Below are positions 10,357-19,978 of a stretch of DNA of 64,000 nucleotides, piece by piece. The stretch spans positions 6,949 through 70,948 of the forward strand of contig JAQWLH010000254.1 in the NCBI GenBank assembly GCA_029247405.1. Reading direction: 5' to 3'. The DNA comes from Mariniblastus sp. Lineage in GTDB: Bacteria; Planctomycetota; Planctomycetia; Pirellulales; Pirellulaceae. The first letter of the stretch is position 1, and the number at the start of each line of letters is the position of its first letter. Made by a program: the position numbers and the translations under genes. The notes under the pieces were generated by a model, which was not told where the DNA came from, ran no database searches, and worked only from the letters and a program-made list of their open reading frames with translations.

Positions 10357-11124
10357 TTACAATTCGAATATTTCGCTCACGTCGTAGCGACTGGCAACAT
10401 GAATCGGAAAGTCATCTCCGAGAATACGTTGATGGGTTGCTCGAGCCCGTTCGGGTTGGTTGTTTTCCTCTGACAAATGGCAAAGACAGGCCCATTTAAG
10501 ACGTTCGCCGCCACATTGTTTTAAAAGGATCGCAGCGTCTTCATTGGAAAGATGTCCGCCATCTCCTTTGATTCGCTGCTTGAGATGCTCCGGGTACGGA
10601 CCCGTCTCAAGCATCTGGTCATCGTAGTTGCTTTCGATCACCACCGCGTCGAGTGAACGGAGAACATCTTTTAAACCATCAAATGCGTGCCCCAGATCCG
10701 TCAAAATTCCAACCCGATGTTGACGGTCTTCAACAATAAACGCGATCCCATCGACTGCATCATGAGGAGTTGGAACCGAATGAACCGTCACGTCCCCAAA
10801 TGCTTGGGAACTTCCGGCTGAGAACAATCGAACCCGGTCAAGTTTACCGATTTTCTGATGACGGTTGACCGCTTTGAGGGTCCTCGGCGTAATATAAACT
10901 GGCATCCCAAACTTACGCTGAAAGATCCCCAAAGATTTAGTGTGATCACTGTGGTCGTGTGAGATGAACAGTGCATCAACATCGCGAATATCGCGCCCAT
11001 GGCGGGCCAAACGTTCTTCTGCTTGCTTTCCACTGATTCCAGCATCAAACAAAAGACGAACGCTTCCCGTTTCAACGTAAAAGCAGTTACCGTTACTTCC
11101 TGATTGCAGTGAGACGACTTTCAT
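10357..11124 (-). CDS. MBL-fold metallo-hydrolase (YycJ/WalJ-like)
   Basis: SGSNGN, DAG, SHDHSDH, PHDA, TDLG, ESNYD, GHLSN, HLSEENN. Confidence 0.88.
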   Translation of the reverse strand: MKVVSLQSGSNGNCFYVETGSVRLLFDAGISGKQAEERLARHGRDIRDVDALFISHDHSDHTKSLGIFQRKFGMPVYITPRTLKAVNRHQKIGKLDRVRLFSAGSSQAFGDVTVHSVPTPHDAVDGIAFIVEDRQHRVGILTDLGHAFDGLKDVLRSLDAVVIESNYDDQMLETGPYPEHLKQRIKGDGGHLSNEDAAILLKQCGGERLKWACLCHLSEENNQPERARATHQRILGDDFPIHVASRYDVSEIFEL

Positions 11125-11329
11125 AAGTAGTATTTTGTCCGATCCACGCCAGTTTGCCCAGATGAGTTAAAACAAAACCAATCGCGACGTTGCAAGACGT
11201 CTACATCCAAAGGGGATCACTTAGGCGTGTTAAACCTCGTATCCTGAAAAAATCCCGAATGACGGATATTGTCCAAAGCTACAATCAATTGGGAAGAACC
11301 CACGCATTGGTAGTTATCATCAATAACTC

Positions 11330-12181
11330 ATGAATCATGCTCCCGACAACTCGATTGACTCACCGCTGAGCGCTCCCATTCCTTGGTCTCGCTCTTGGTA
11401 CGAAGTCCAAAAAAAGCTGTTGGGTGAAACGGCTTGCCGGCAACTGGGCCTCTACGTCATTCCCAGTGATCTGGTGCTTTCAATCGTGATTCCATTTTTC
11501 AATGAAGAGCAGACGCTCGAGGCGGTGGTCGATAAAGTCGCCGCGATTCCAATCAAAAAAGAGATTATCCTGGTCAACGATGGGAGCACTGATCGCTCAT
11601 CGGAAATTGCCAAAGACCTCGCGTTGCGATTTATCAACGACCCCCTCAATCAAATCCACAACTACGCCCACAAGTCTAATTTTGGAAAAGGCGCAGCACT
11701 AAGGACTGGATTTGCAGTGACCACTGGCGACATCGTAATCATTCAGGACGCAGATTTAGAATATGACCCTAGCGAATACCCTCGATTGATTCAGCCGATC
11801 GTGGAACAAAAAGCCGATGTTGTATTTGGAAGCCGATTCCTTGGTGACCGGGCTCATCGTGTTTTGTATTTCTGGCACTCGATGGGCAATCGTTTGCTGA
11901 CGACGCTCTCCAACTTGTTTAATAATTTAAACTTGACCGATATGGAAACCTGTTACAAAGTCTTTCGACGGGAAGTCATTGAGGACATTGGCCCCCAATT
12001 AAAAAGTCTTCGGTTTGGCATTGAACCTGAAATCACCGCAAGGATCGCGCGACGTAAGTATCGAGTCTTTGAGATTGCGATTAGCTATTCCGGCCGAACC
12101 TATGCGGAGGGGAAAAAAATCGGTTGGCGCGACGGCTTCGTCGCGATCTGGTGCATCATGCGGTACGGGTTATTCGATTGA
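11330..12181 (+). CDS. Glycosyltransferase family 2 (DPM/GtrB-like)
   Basis: [40 protein letters not shown]. Confidence 0.92.
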   Translation: MNHAPDNSIDSPLSAPIPWSRSWYEVQKKLLGETACRQLGLYVIPSDLVLSIVIPFFNEEQTLEAVVDKVAAIPIKKEIILVNDGSTDRSSEIAKDLALRFINDPLNQIHNYAHKSNFGKGAALRTGFAVTTGDIVIIQDADLEYDPSEYPRLIQPIVEQKADVVFGSRFLGDRAHRVLYFWHSMGNRLLTTLSNLFNNLNLTDMETCYKVFRREVIEDIGPQLKSLRFGIEPEITARIARRKYRVFEIAISYSGRTYAEGKKIGWRDGFVAIWCIMRYGLFD

Positions 12182-12658
12182 TAACGATGCCACTCCACTC
12201 TTAGACCAGACTGGCAGCAAGTTGCTGTCGATCGTCATCGGCATCACAAACAGCAACGTCGTCTGCGGATTTACGAAGTTCTATGGCTGATCAAAAATTT
12301 CCGTCAATGTCCGTTACTAATTAAGATCACCGACTTCCGGTGCCAATCGCACCAACTCGCGGGCAATCATTTGCCAAGACAAAACCACCCGCCCGTGACA
12401 AGCGGCTCGTCAAGACCATCGCGCCCGCCCCTGCCAAAGAACTTTTCATTGAGCTGCGTTGGGTCATTGATGGGTGGGGCATTTTTATTCCTGTGGGTCT
12501 TAGTGGATAACATTTGGATATTTGAGGCCCTTGTCCATTGCCCCATTTTTGGTGAAACAAAGATGATATTTGGAACCCGGTAGAAAGTGACTTATATTCA
12601 AGTCTTGGAAAATGCAGTGGATGACCTGACAATCTCGAGTCAAGCAAAAGGCGAAATC

Positions 12659-13309
12659 ATGAATCAACTCCGGCTATTATGTTTAAGCCTTTTATTATTG
12701 GTCGGCTGTGAAAGCTCCGAAACAAAAGAAAAAGCGGAGGTCAGCGGTCAGAGCAATTTAACGAAGAATGAAACTTCTGAACCAATGGCGATCATCCCAA
12801 GCAATCCAGCTGAATCCACTGCGTTAAACGACAGCAAACCGGAAACTTCAAGCCAACCCACGATCGACGAACTCAACGCGCGAACGGTCCTCAGCGATGC
12901 CGTTGCCGCTGCAAAGGCAGACAACAAGGCTCTCTTTGTTCACTTCAGTGCCGACTGGTGAGGCTGGTGCCACAAGCTCGAGGAGGTCCTCGAATCCAAC
13001 AAAGATTTGTTTGTCGATCATATTCGCATGGTTAAAATCGACACTGAAAAAATGACAAACGGTAATGATGTTTTTGATGAACTGAAAAAAGAGCGTTCCG
13101 GTGGCATGCCCTGGATGGTAATTCTCAATGGTGACGGCAACGAGATCATCAGCTCAGTCGGCCCCAAAGGAAATATTGGTTGCCCCGTCGAGCCATTTGA
13201 AATTGAACACTTTATCGACATGATACGGCAATCGAGTGAGGCATCCCAAGAGCAGCTCGTGGAAATCTCTGATGCGATGACAAAATACGCGACATCACTC
13301 AAGCGCTAG
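12659..13309 (+). CDS. Thioredoxin-fold lipoprotein with in-frame UGA (UxxC), candidate selenoprotein
   Basis: Lipobox LVGC; HFSADW-TGA-GWC continues in frame into the 13007-13309 ORF (GGMPW cis-Pro loop, GPKGNIGCP); 216 codons, Sec at 101. Confidence 0.8.
12978..12993 (+). promoter_or_regulatory. SECIS-like hairpin
   Basis: TCGAGG-AGGT-CCTCGA perfect stem; loop starts 22 nt after the UGA; AGGU loop like the E. coli fdhF SECIS. Confidence 0.65.
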
Positions 13310-13586
13310 TCAGCTCCCCGCGACAGAGTTGATGTGCTGCCATGGTTGGCCCGCGGGATTGAAATTAACATGGGCTTCACTTGGCCATCAGACCGTGGCG
13401 GAAGACAGGCAACTCTCAAAAATGAGATCCTTGCACGACTTCTTCGGGGTATTGCAAGCCAAGCCTGAAGCCGCTTCACCACTTTTTTGAAAAAATCCAA
13501 CTCCGGTCAAAGATTGGATTCAAAAGTCCTCGTGAAGTATATTGCTCTTACATTCGTAAAATAGTTTAGTTTAAAACGGACCCCCA

Positions 13587-16500
13587 ATGCCTTCACGCCG
13601 CTCTCAGATCCTCATCTTGGTGTTGCGATCAGTCGCCAGCTCATTGTTTTGTTTTTCGCTGCTATGGACTGGCGATGCTTTCGCTCAACAACCCTTCGAG
13701 ATACTTTTCAACGGAAAAGACCTCACTGGCTGGGCCGGCAACAAAGATTTATGGACTGTCGAACAGGGCGCGATTGTCGGACAGACGACAAAAGACAATC
13801 CCACGGCACGTAATACATTCTTGATTCTGCAAACATCGCCCATTGCAGATTTTGATTTTCGTTGCAAAGTCCGTTTCACCGGAAACAATTCTGGCGTTCA
13901 GTACCGCAGCAAAGTCATCGACCAAGATAAATTTGTCATGCACGGCAATCAGGCTGACCTTCATCCAAAGCAAGAATATTTTGGAATGCTTTACGGTGAA
14001 GGGATACGAGGAATTGTCGCCACTCGAGGTCAAACGGTTGAAGTTTCTCCCGAAGGTAACAAGAACGTTACCGAGCAAGTCGACCACGCATCTGAATTGA
14101 CAGGTGATCAATGGAATGATTTACGAATTGTTGCGGTGGGCAATCGCTTAATTCATATCGTCAATGGCGAGACGACTGTCGATATTACAGACAACGACAC
14201 AAAATCCAATCCGAGTGGAGCGCTTGGTTTACAGCTTCATGCTGGTGCACCGATGAAAGTTGAATTTCGGAACCTGTTGCTCAAACGGATGAATGCGACC
14301 GACGGAAAACGTCTGATTGCATCGCTCAAACCGAGCGAAAAGCCGTCGAAATCGTCCACGAATACCGAATCGAAGTCAGATTCGTCACGGTTAAAAAATG
14401 GCAAATGGATTGTCAGCAAGCCAGTTGCTCAGTGGATTTGGGCTGACACCTCGACGACGGATCAAACGATTTGGTTCCGCCATTCATTTCAGCTTGGCTC
14501 AGTCCCAAAAGTGGCTCCGCTCTATACGACCTGTGACAATGAGATGCGGCTATGGATCAATGGAAAAGAGGTCGGCAAAAGTGGAGCTTGGGAAAAGCCA
14601 ATCCAGCAAGACGTGGCAAAGTTTCTTAATCAGGGCAAGAATGTGATTGCCATCCAAGGTAAGAATCACGGCGGTATAGCTGGACTGACATTCAAACTTT
14701 ATTGCGAGCAGAAAGATCAGTCGCCTCGAATCGTTACCACTTCCGAAAAAACATGGAAGATGAACCCCAAGACATCCAACGGCTGGAATCAAATCGACTT
14801 TGATGATTCCAAATGGCAATGGGCCAAAAAAGTTGGAAAGCTAGGGGATGCTCCCTGGCGAGTCCCTCAATATGCCGGTCGATCGGGCGGTGAGAACAAA
14901 CGTCTGGACGCCAAAAACATCATTGTCCCGGCTGGCTTCATCGTCGATCACGTCTACACGGTGCCTCAGGACCAGGGAAGTTGGGTTTCGCTGACGACTG
15001 ATCCCCAAGGTCGAATTTACGCATGTGATCAAGGTCGTGCTGGGCTATATCGAATCACGTTAACGAATCAAACCGCCAGCGGGACGGAGACCAAGGCTAC
15101 TGGAAGCGACTCGAAAGTAGAAAAAATTGAAAAAGTATCTGTCGGTTCGTTGGAAAAGCTCTCCGGGGCCCAAGGAATGCTTTGGGCATTTGACAGCCTC
15201 TGGTTTCATCGAAACGGTGGTCATCTTTATCGACTCACTGATTCCAATGGTGATGATCAATTGGACACGATGAAAGAAATTCCCAGCACCACCGGCGGTG
15301 GCGAACATGGCAATCACGCCTTGATTCTCACTCCCGACAAAACGGGCATTTATATGAACAGTGGCAATCATTCCAAACTAGCTGACCACGTTGCCTCGCG
15401 AGTTCAATCGTGGGATGAAGATTTGCTGCTCCCAAGGATGTCAGACTCCAACGGACATGCCAATGGCGTCATGGCGCCGGGGGGGTGGGTCACATGGCTC
15501 GATCCAAAAACCGAAACACAAACCGTTCATGCCATAGGCTTTCGCAATCAATACGACATTGCGCTTAACCGATTCGGCGACATGTTCACGTACGATGCCG
15601 ACATGGAATATGACATGGGTTCGCCGTGGTACCGACCGACAAGGATTTGCCATGTCGTCAGTGGGGCCGACTTTGGCTGGCGACACGGTTCGGGAAAGTG
15701 GCCCTCCTATTACGAAGACAGTTTACCTGCGGTGGTTGATATTGGCCCCGGTTCGCCGACCGGCGTTGTGAACGGAGGAGGAACCAAGTTTCCGACTCGC
15801 TATCAAGCGGCGACGTTCGCGCTTGATTGGACTTTTGGAACGATTTACGCAATCCATATGAAACCTGATGGGGCCAGCTATTCCGGAGAGGCTGAGCCAT
15901 TTGTCTATAGTTCACCACTGCCTGTAACCGACGCGATCGTTGGACACGATGGCGCGCTTTATTTTGCGGTTGGAGGACGGGGGACACAGTCGGCCATGTT
16001 CCGAGTTCGTTACATCGGTGATGAATCGACCGAGACTCCCGCAGAAATAGCCGATGAATTGAGTCAGGAAGAACAAACAGCGGCAACCATGCGGCAAAAA
16101 CGCCATCAACTGGAAGCATTTCATGGCATTAAGAACAACAAGGCAATCGCTGCCTGTTGGCCGATGCTCACCCATTCCGATCGTTTTCTGCGCCACGCAG
16201 CACGCGTCGGTATCGAAAGCCAGCCTGTCGAACAGTGGGCAAATCGCGTTTTCACCGAAACGCAATCTCAAGCGAAAATAACCGGGGCAGTTGCTTTGGC
16301 GAGAATGGGCAATGAATCACATCGGGCACCTTTACTCGAAATGCTTGGTCGTTTGAACACAGCAACCCTTGATCGAGGTCAACTCTTGGGGATGTTGCGA
16401 GCCTACTCATTAACCATGATTCGGCTGGGTTCGATGACACCCGAAGAACGTCAACAAGCGGTTGCAAAACTCGACGCGTTGTTTCCTCACTCCAATGCTG

Positions 16501-17429
16501 ACGTGAACACTGAATTGATTCGAGTCTTAACGTATCTCCAATCAAAAACCGTGGCGAGCAAAGCGATGGACCTGATCGCCAATCGCAAGGCTCCTCAAAT
16601 CCCCGAGTGGTCAACCCTAGCCAGTCGTAACAAAAACTATGGTGGGACAGTGGAACGCATGCTGGCCAACCACCCGCCAACCCAGGAACTGGGTTATGCA
16701 TTTATTCTCCGCAACCTTCGCCGGGGCTGGACCGACGAAACGCGTCGCCAATATTTTTCCTTTATCAATGAAGCCGCCAAGGCGGCGGGAGGAGCGAGTT
16801 ACGCAAAATATTTAACTCGTATGCGGGAAGAGGCTTTAGCGACTTGTTCGGATGACGAACGCTCCGCGTTGGTTGATCTTACAAACGAAGACTTCAATCC
16901 GGTTCCCGATTTTCCGATTATCAAACCGGCCGGACCAGGTAAGAAATGGTCGGTTGACGAAGCACTTCAAGTCGTCAAACGAAAATCTAATTTTGAAAAA
17001 GGACGTTCCCTTTTCCATGGAGCAAGTTGTGCCCAGTGCCATCGGGTTCGGGGGATAGGCGGAAATGTCGGACCCGATTTGACCGCCATTCCAAGTCGTT
17101 TTGATCAAAAATACGTAGTTGAAACCATCATTCACCCCAGCAAGCATATTTCTGATCAATATGCCTCTTCGAAAATCTTGTTGGAGGACGGAAGGGCATT
17201 TAATGGATTAGTGGTCGAGCAAGATAATGGCATGGTTGCGATTTATCCCGATCAAGTCGGGGCCGAACCAGTGATCGTTTCAAAAGATGGCATCGATGAA
17301 ATGAAACCTTCGACCGTTTCTCAAATGCCCGAAAAATTATTGGACGGAATGAATGCCGAAGAACTCAACGACCTTATGGGTTATCTCATGGCGGGGGGCA
17401 ACCCAAATAATAAACGGTTTAAAAAATAA
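13587..17429 (+). CDS. PVC-type haem-binding CxxCH protein with N-terminal DUF1080 domain
   Basis: LFNGKDLTGW..NSGVQYR..LQLH (DUF1080); propeller GEHGNH, GFRNQYD, DADMEYD; HEAT-like region; CAQCH..GPDLT. Confidence 0.85.
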   Translation: MPSRRSQILILVLRSVASSLFCFSLLWTGDAFAQQPFEILFNGKDLTGWAGNKDLWTVEQGAIVGQTTKDNPTARNTFLILQTSPIADFDFRCKVRFTGNNSGVQYRSKVIDQDKFVMHGNQADLHPKQEYFGMLYGEGIRGIVATRGQTVEVSPEGNKNVTEQVDHASELTGDQWNDLRIVAVGNRLIHIVNGETTVDITDNDTKSNPSGALGLQLHAGAPMKVEFRNLLLKRMNATDGKRLIASLKPSEKPSKSSTNTESKSDSSRLKNGKWIVSKPVAQWIWADTSTTDQTIWFRHSFQLGSVPKVAPLYTTCDNEMRLWINGKEVGKSGAWEKPIQQDVAKFLNQGKNVIAIQGKNHGGIAGLTFKLYCEQKDQSPRIVTTSEKTWKMNPKTSNGWNQIDFDDSKWQWAKKVGKLGDAPWRVPQYAGRSGGENKRLDAKNIIVPAGFIVDHVYTVPQDQGSWVSLTTDPQGRIYACDQGRAGLYRITLTNQTASGTETKATGSDSKVEKIEKVSVGSLEKLSGAQGMLWAFDSLWFHRNGGHLYRLTDSNGDDQLDTMKEIPSTTGGGEHGNHALILTPDKTGIYMNSGNHSKLADHVASRVQSWDEDLLLPRMSDSNGHANGVMAPGGWVTWLDPKTETQTVHAIGFRNQYDIALNRFGDMFTYDADMEYDMGSPWYRPTRICHVVSGADFGWRHGSGKWPSYYEDSLPAVVDIGPGSPTGVVNGGGTKFPTRYQAATFALDWTFGTIYAIHMKPDGASYSGEAEPFVYSSPLPVTDAIVGHDGALYFAVGGRGTQSAMFRVRYIGDESTETPAEIADELSQEEQTAATMRQKRHQLEAFHGIKNNKAIAACWPMLTHSDRFLRHAARVGIESQPVEQWANRVFTETQSQAKITGAVALARMGNESHRAPLLEMLGRLNTATLDRGQLLGMLRAYSLTMIRLGSMTPEERQQAVAKLDALFPHSNADVNTELIRVLTYLQSKTVASKAMDLIANRKAPQIPEWSTLASRNKNYGGTVERMLANHPPTQELGYAFILRNLRRGWTDETRRQYFSFINEAAKAAGGASYAKYLTRMREEALATCSDDERSALVDLTNEDFNPVPDFPIIKPAGPGKKWSVDEALQVVKRKSNFEKGRSLFHGASCAQCHRVRGIGGNVGPDLTAIPSRFDQKYVVETIIHPSKHISDQYASSKILLEDGRAFNGLVVEQDNGMVAIYPDQVGAEPVIVSKDGIDEMKPSTVSQMPEKLLDGMNAEELNDLMGYLMAGGNPNNKRFKK

Positions 17430-17478
17430 GCAGACACTGAAATAATCAGTCGCTTATTTTTAATCAAGATGATGCCCG

Positions 17479-19737
17479 TTAAAGCACTCGTTGACACGCT
17501 GGAAAACTTCCCAGGACGGTCAGGCTCTTGCAGTGTGCGCGTGCCTCGCCAATGATCTGCGCAATTTTTGCGTTTTCGCGATGGCCCTCGAGTTCGAGAA
17601 AGAATGTGTAATCCCAATTTTCTTCGCGGCTGGGTCGCTTTTCAATGTGCGTTAGATTGATCGTATTACGTTTAAATATTTCCAGTACGTCAACCAATGC
17701 CCCCGAACGATCCACTGTCGTAAACATTATTGAAGTTTTATCGTTCCCGGATTCCTCAGTTTGGCTCTTCGAAAGAATCAAAAACCGGGTCATATTGCTT
17801 TGACGATCTTCGATCGCCTGAAACAGGGGTTTAAGCCCGTGAATCTCACCAGCCAACGATGATCCAATTGCCGCAACACCACAATCGGAGTTACGCTCGA
17901 TTTCCTCTTTTGCCTTTTGAGTGGCAAGTGCCGAGCTTTCCGTTGGAATTCTTGTCGCCTGTGGATACTGAGTACTAAGCCAATTGCGGCATTGCTCAAA
18001 CACGTCTGGCTTGGAATAGATTCGATTGACTTGCTCGGGTTTACAATTCGCAAGCAAACAAAATTTCACCTGTAATTTGACTTCGCCATAAATTTTGAGC
18101 TCGTCGTGCATGTCAATAAACGTATCGAGTGTCTCATTCACACCACCGATACTGCTATTTTCAATCGGCACAAGTCCATAATCAACTTCTGAAGATGCGA
18201 CTTGTTCGAAGACGGTTCTGATTTCACGAGCCGGCAAAAAATTGACGCTGGAACCAAAATGTCGGACAGCTGCTAGGTGCGAAAACTCGCCCTCTGGCCC
18301 AAGAAAAGCAATACTGAGCGGTTTTTCCAGAGCAAAACTTCCGCTCATTAACTCGCGATAGATGGCTTCTAGGGTTTTATCCTCAAGCGGACCTTGATTT
18401 AGCGCCTTGATTTTTGTGAGTACAGCAGCCTCACGGTGCGGCGCATAAATCGGCACGTCCGATTTACGTTTGAAAACTCCAACATCGACGACGAGTTTGG
18501 CTCGCTCGTTAATCAAGGTTATAAGTTCTTCGTCAATCTTATCCATCGCTGAGTTGATTTCAGCCATCGAACTAAACTCGTTTGAAACAGCCGGTGGCTG
18601 ATACCGATGCAACTCGTCGTAAACCGGAAAGCTCCCGAGCACAAATAGGCTTTTGCAGTGAGCGCGGACCTCGCCAAGAATCTCAGCCGTTCGACCATCT
18701 TTGGCATGGCCCAGGATGTCCACAAAAAATGTGTACTCCGTTCCGATCTCATGGCTAGGACGTTTTTCAATGTGGCTAAGGTTGATCTCATTACGTTTAA
18801 AGACCGTTAAAATATCCACCAAAGAACCAGGGCGATCAGAGCAGGTGAACATCAAAGATGTTTTGTCATTTCCCGTCGGCTGAGTTTCGATTTTCGAAAG
18901 AATCAAAAATCGCGTCACATTATTCGAGCAATCTTCAATACCATTGAAGAGACTTTCCAGTCCATACAACTGCCCCGCTTTTCCAGAACCGACAGCAGCG
19001 ACACCGTCACTTGGGCTGGCTAAATAAGCAATCTCGGCAGCGGCAGCGGTGCTCTGGGCCGCGATTCGAGCGGCGTTCGGATATTTTTTCGAAAGCCAAT
19101 CATGGCACTGAGCAAGAGCCTCGGCCTTCGAATAAATTACCTTCACATCATCCGGTTGACACTTGCCAAGAAGACTAAAATGAATCGCCAGACGTATTTC
19201 ACCGCAAATGGTCAAGCGTCCAAAGTAGCTGGTGAAAGAGTCAAGCGTTTCAATAATAGCACCACCTGTGCTGTTCTCGATCGGCACTAACCCATATTCG
19301 ACGTGACCGCGGGAGACCTCCTCAAATACGCCTTCCAAAGCTCGAAGATTTTCGTAATCGACAAAATCACCAAAATGCTGGGAAGCTGCAAGATGGCTAA
19401 ATGTGCCCTGCGGCCCGAGATAACCTACCCGGGTCGTCCGACCCAGTTGAAAACTTCCATTGAGAATCTCTCGGAAGACCCCTTGGAGCGCCGAATTTGG
19501 AATCGGGCCCGTATTTTTTTCGATAATTCGATCAAGAGTCGCCGCTCCTAAATCGGTGACTGGCGATTGGCCTGAAGCCATTGGTTGACGAGATGACGAA
19601 TCATCTGACGCACGTCTCTGCAATCTCGCCAGCTCGATCATCAAACTCGAACGACGGTTAATGGTGCGGACCAGCTTTTGATCCACCGCATCGATCCCGA
19701 CACGCAGCTGCTGAAGTGATTTTTCGGTGGAGGTCAT
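17479..19737 (-). CDS. pheA: Tandemly duplicated chorismate mutase/prephenate dehydratase fusion (CM-PDT-ACT twice)
   Basis: Two each of (Y/F)LGPxG(T/E)FSH, VPIENS, TRFLIL, DKTS, IEKRPS, LGSFP, and two AroQ-like domains. Confidence 0.9.
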   Translation of the reverse strand: MTSTEKSLQQLRVGIDAVDQKLVRTINRRSSLMIELARLQRRASDDSSSRQPMASGQSPVTDLGAATLDRIIEKNTGPIPNSALQGVFREILNGSFQLGRTTRVGYLGPQGTFSHLAASQHFGDFVDYENLRALEGVFEEVSRGHVEYGLVPIENSTGGAIIETLDSFTSYFGRLTICGEIRLAIHFSLLGKCQPDDVKVIYSKAEALAQCHDWLSKKYPNAARIAAQSTAAAAEIAYLASPSDGVAAVGSGKAGQLYGLESLFNGIEDCSNNVTRFLILSKIETQPTGNDKTSLMFTCSDRPGSLVDILTVFKRNEINLSHIEKRPSHEIGTEYTFFVDILGHAKDGRTAEILGEVRAHCKSLFVLGSFPVYDELHRYQPPAVSNEFSSMAEINSAMDKIDEELITLINERAKLVVDVGVFKRKSDVPIYAPHREAAVLTKIKALNQGPLEDKTLEAIYRELMSGSFALEKPLSIAFLGPEGEFSHLAAVRHFGSSVNFLPAREIRTVFEQVASSEVDYGLVPIENSSIGGVNETLDTFIDMHDELKIYGEVKLQVKFCLLANCKPEQVNRIYSKPDVFEQCRNWLSTQYPQATRIPTESSALATQKAKEEIERNSDCGVAAIGSSLAGEIHGLKPLFQAIEDRQSNMTRFLILSKSQTEESGNDKTSIMFTTVDRSGALVDVLEIFKRNTINLTHIEKRPSREENWDYTFFLELEGHRENAKIAQIIGEARAHCKSLTVLGSFPACQRVL

Positions 19738-19862
19738 TGTTGGGTGAGGGGTCTCGGTTAATTTTTTTACATTCTTTGAGACGCCATTCTAAGTGGCTTT
19801 TCAAAACCGTCCACCATCCAGATTGCTCTGGAAAGTTGGATTGAGTGCCCAATTGGGTCAAT

Positions 19863-19900
19863 AAAAAAAGACGCAAACCAATTCGAGATTGATTTGCGCT
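19863..19900 (-). terminator. Rho-independent terminator downstream of amtB
   Basis: Minus strand GCGCAAATCAAT-CTCGA-ATTGGTTTGCGT followed by C and T7. Confidence 0.7.
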
Positions 19901-19978
19901 CTAAAACCAATGCGAAAGGTCGTTCTCGACCCTCACCAATGAAGATCTGCGTCAGGCCTCATCAGTTGCAACGACTGC

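Noticed and set aside
12587-13309. Two separate small ORFs or a nonsense pseudogene
   Set aside because: The stop is TGA at precisely the redox Cys position, the frame continues intact, and a SECIS-like hairpin follows. Recoding explains this better, though it is unproven.
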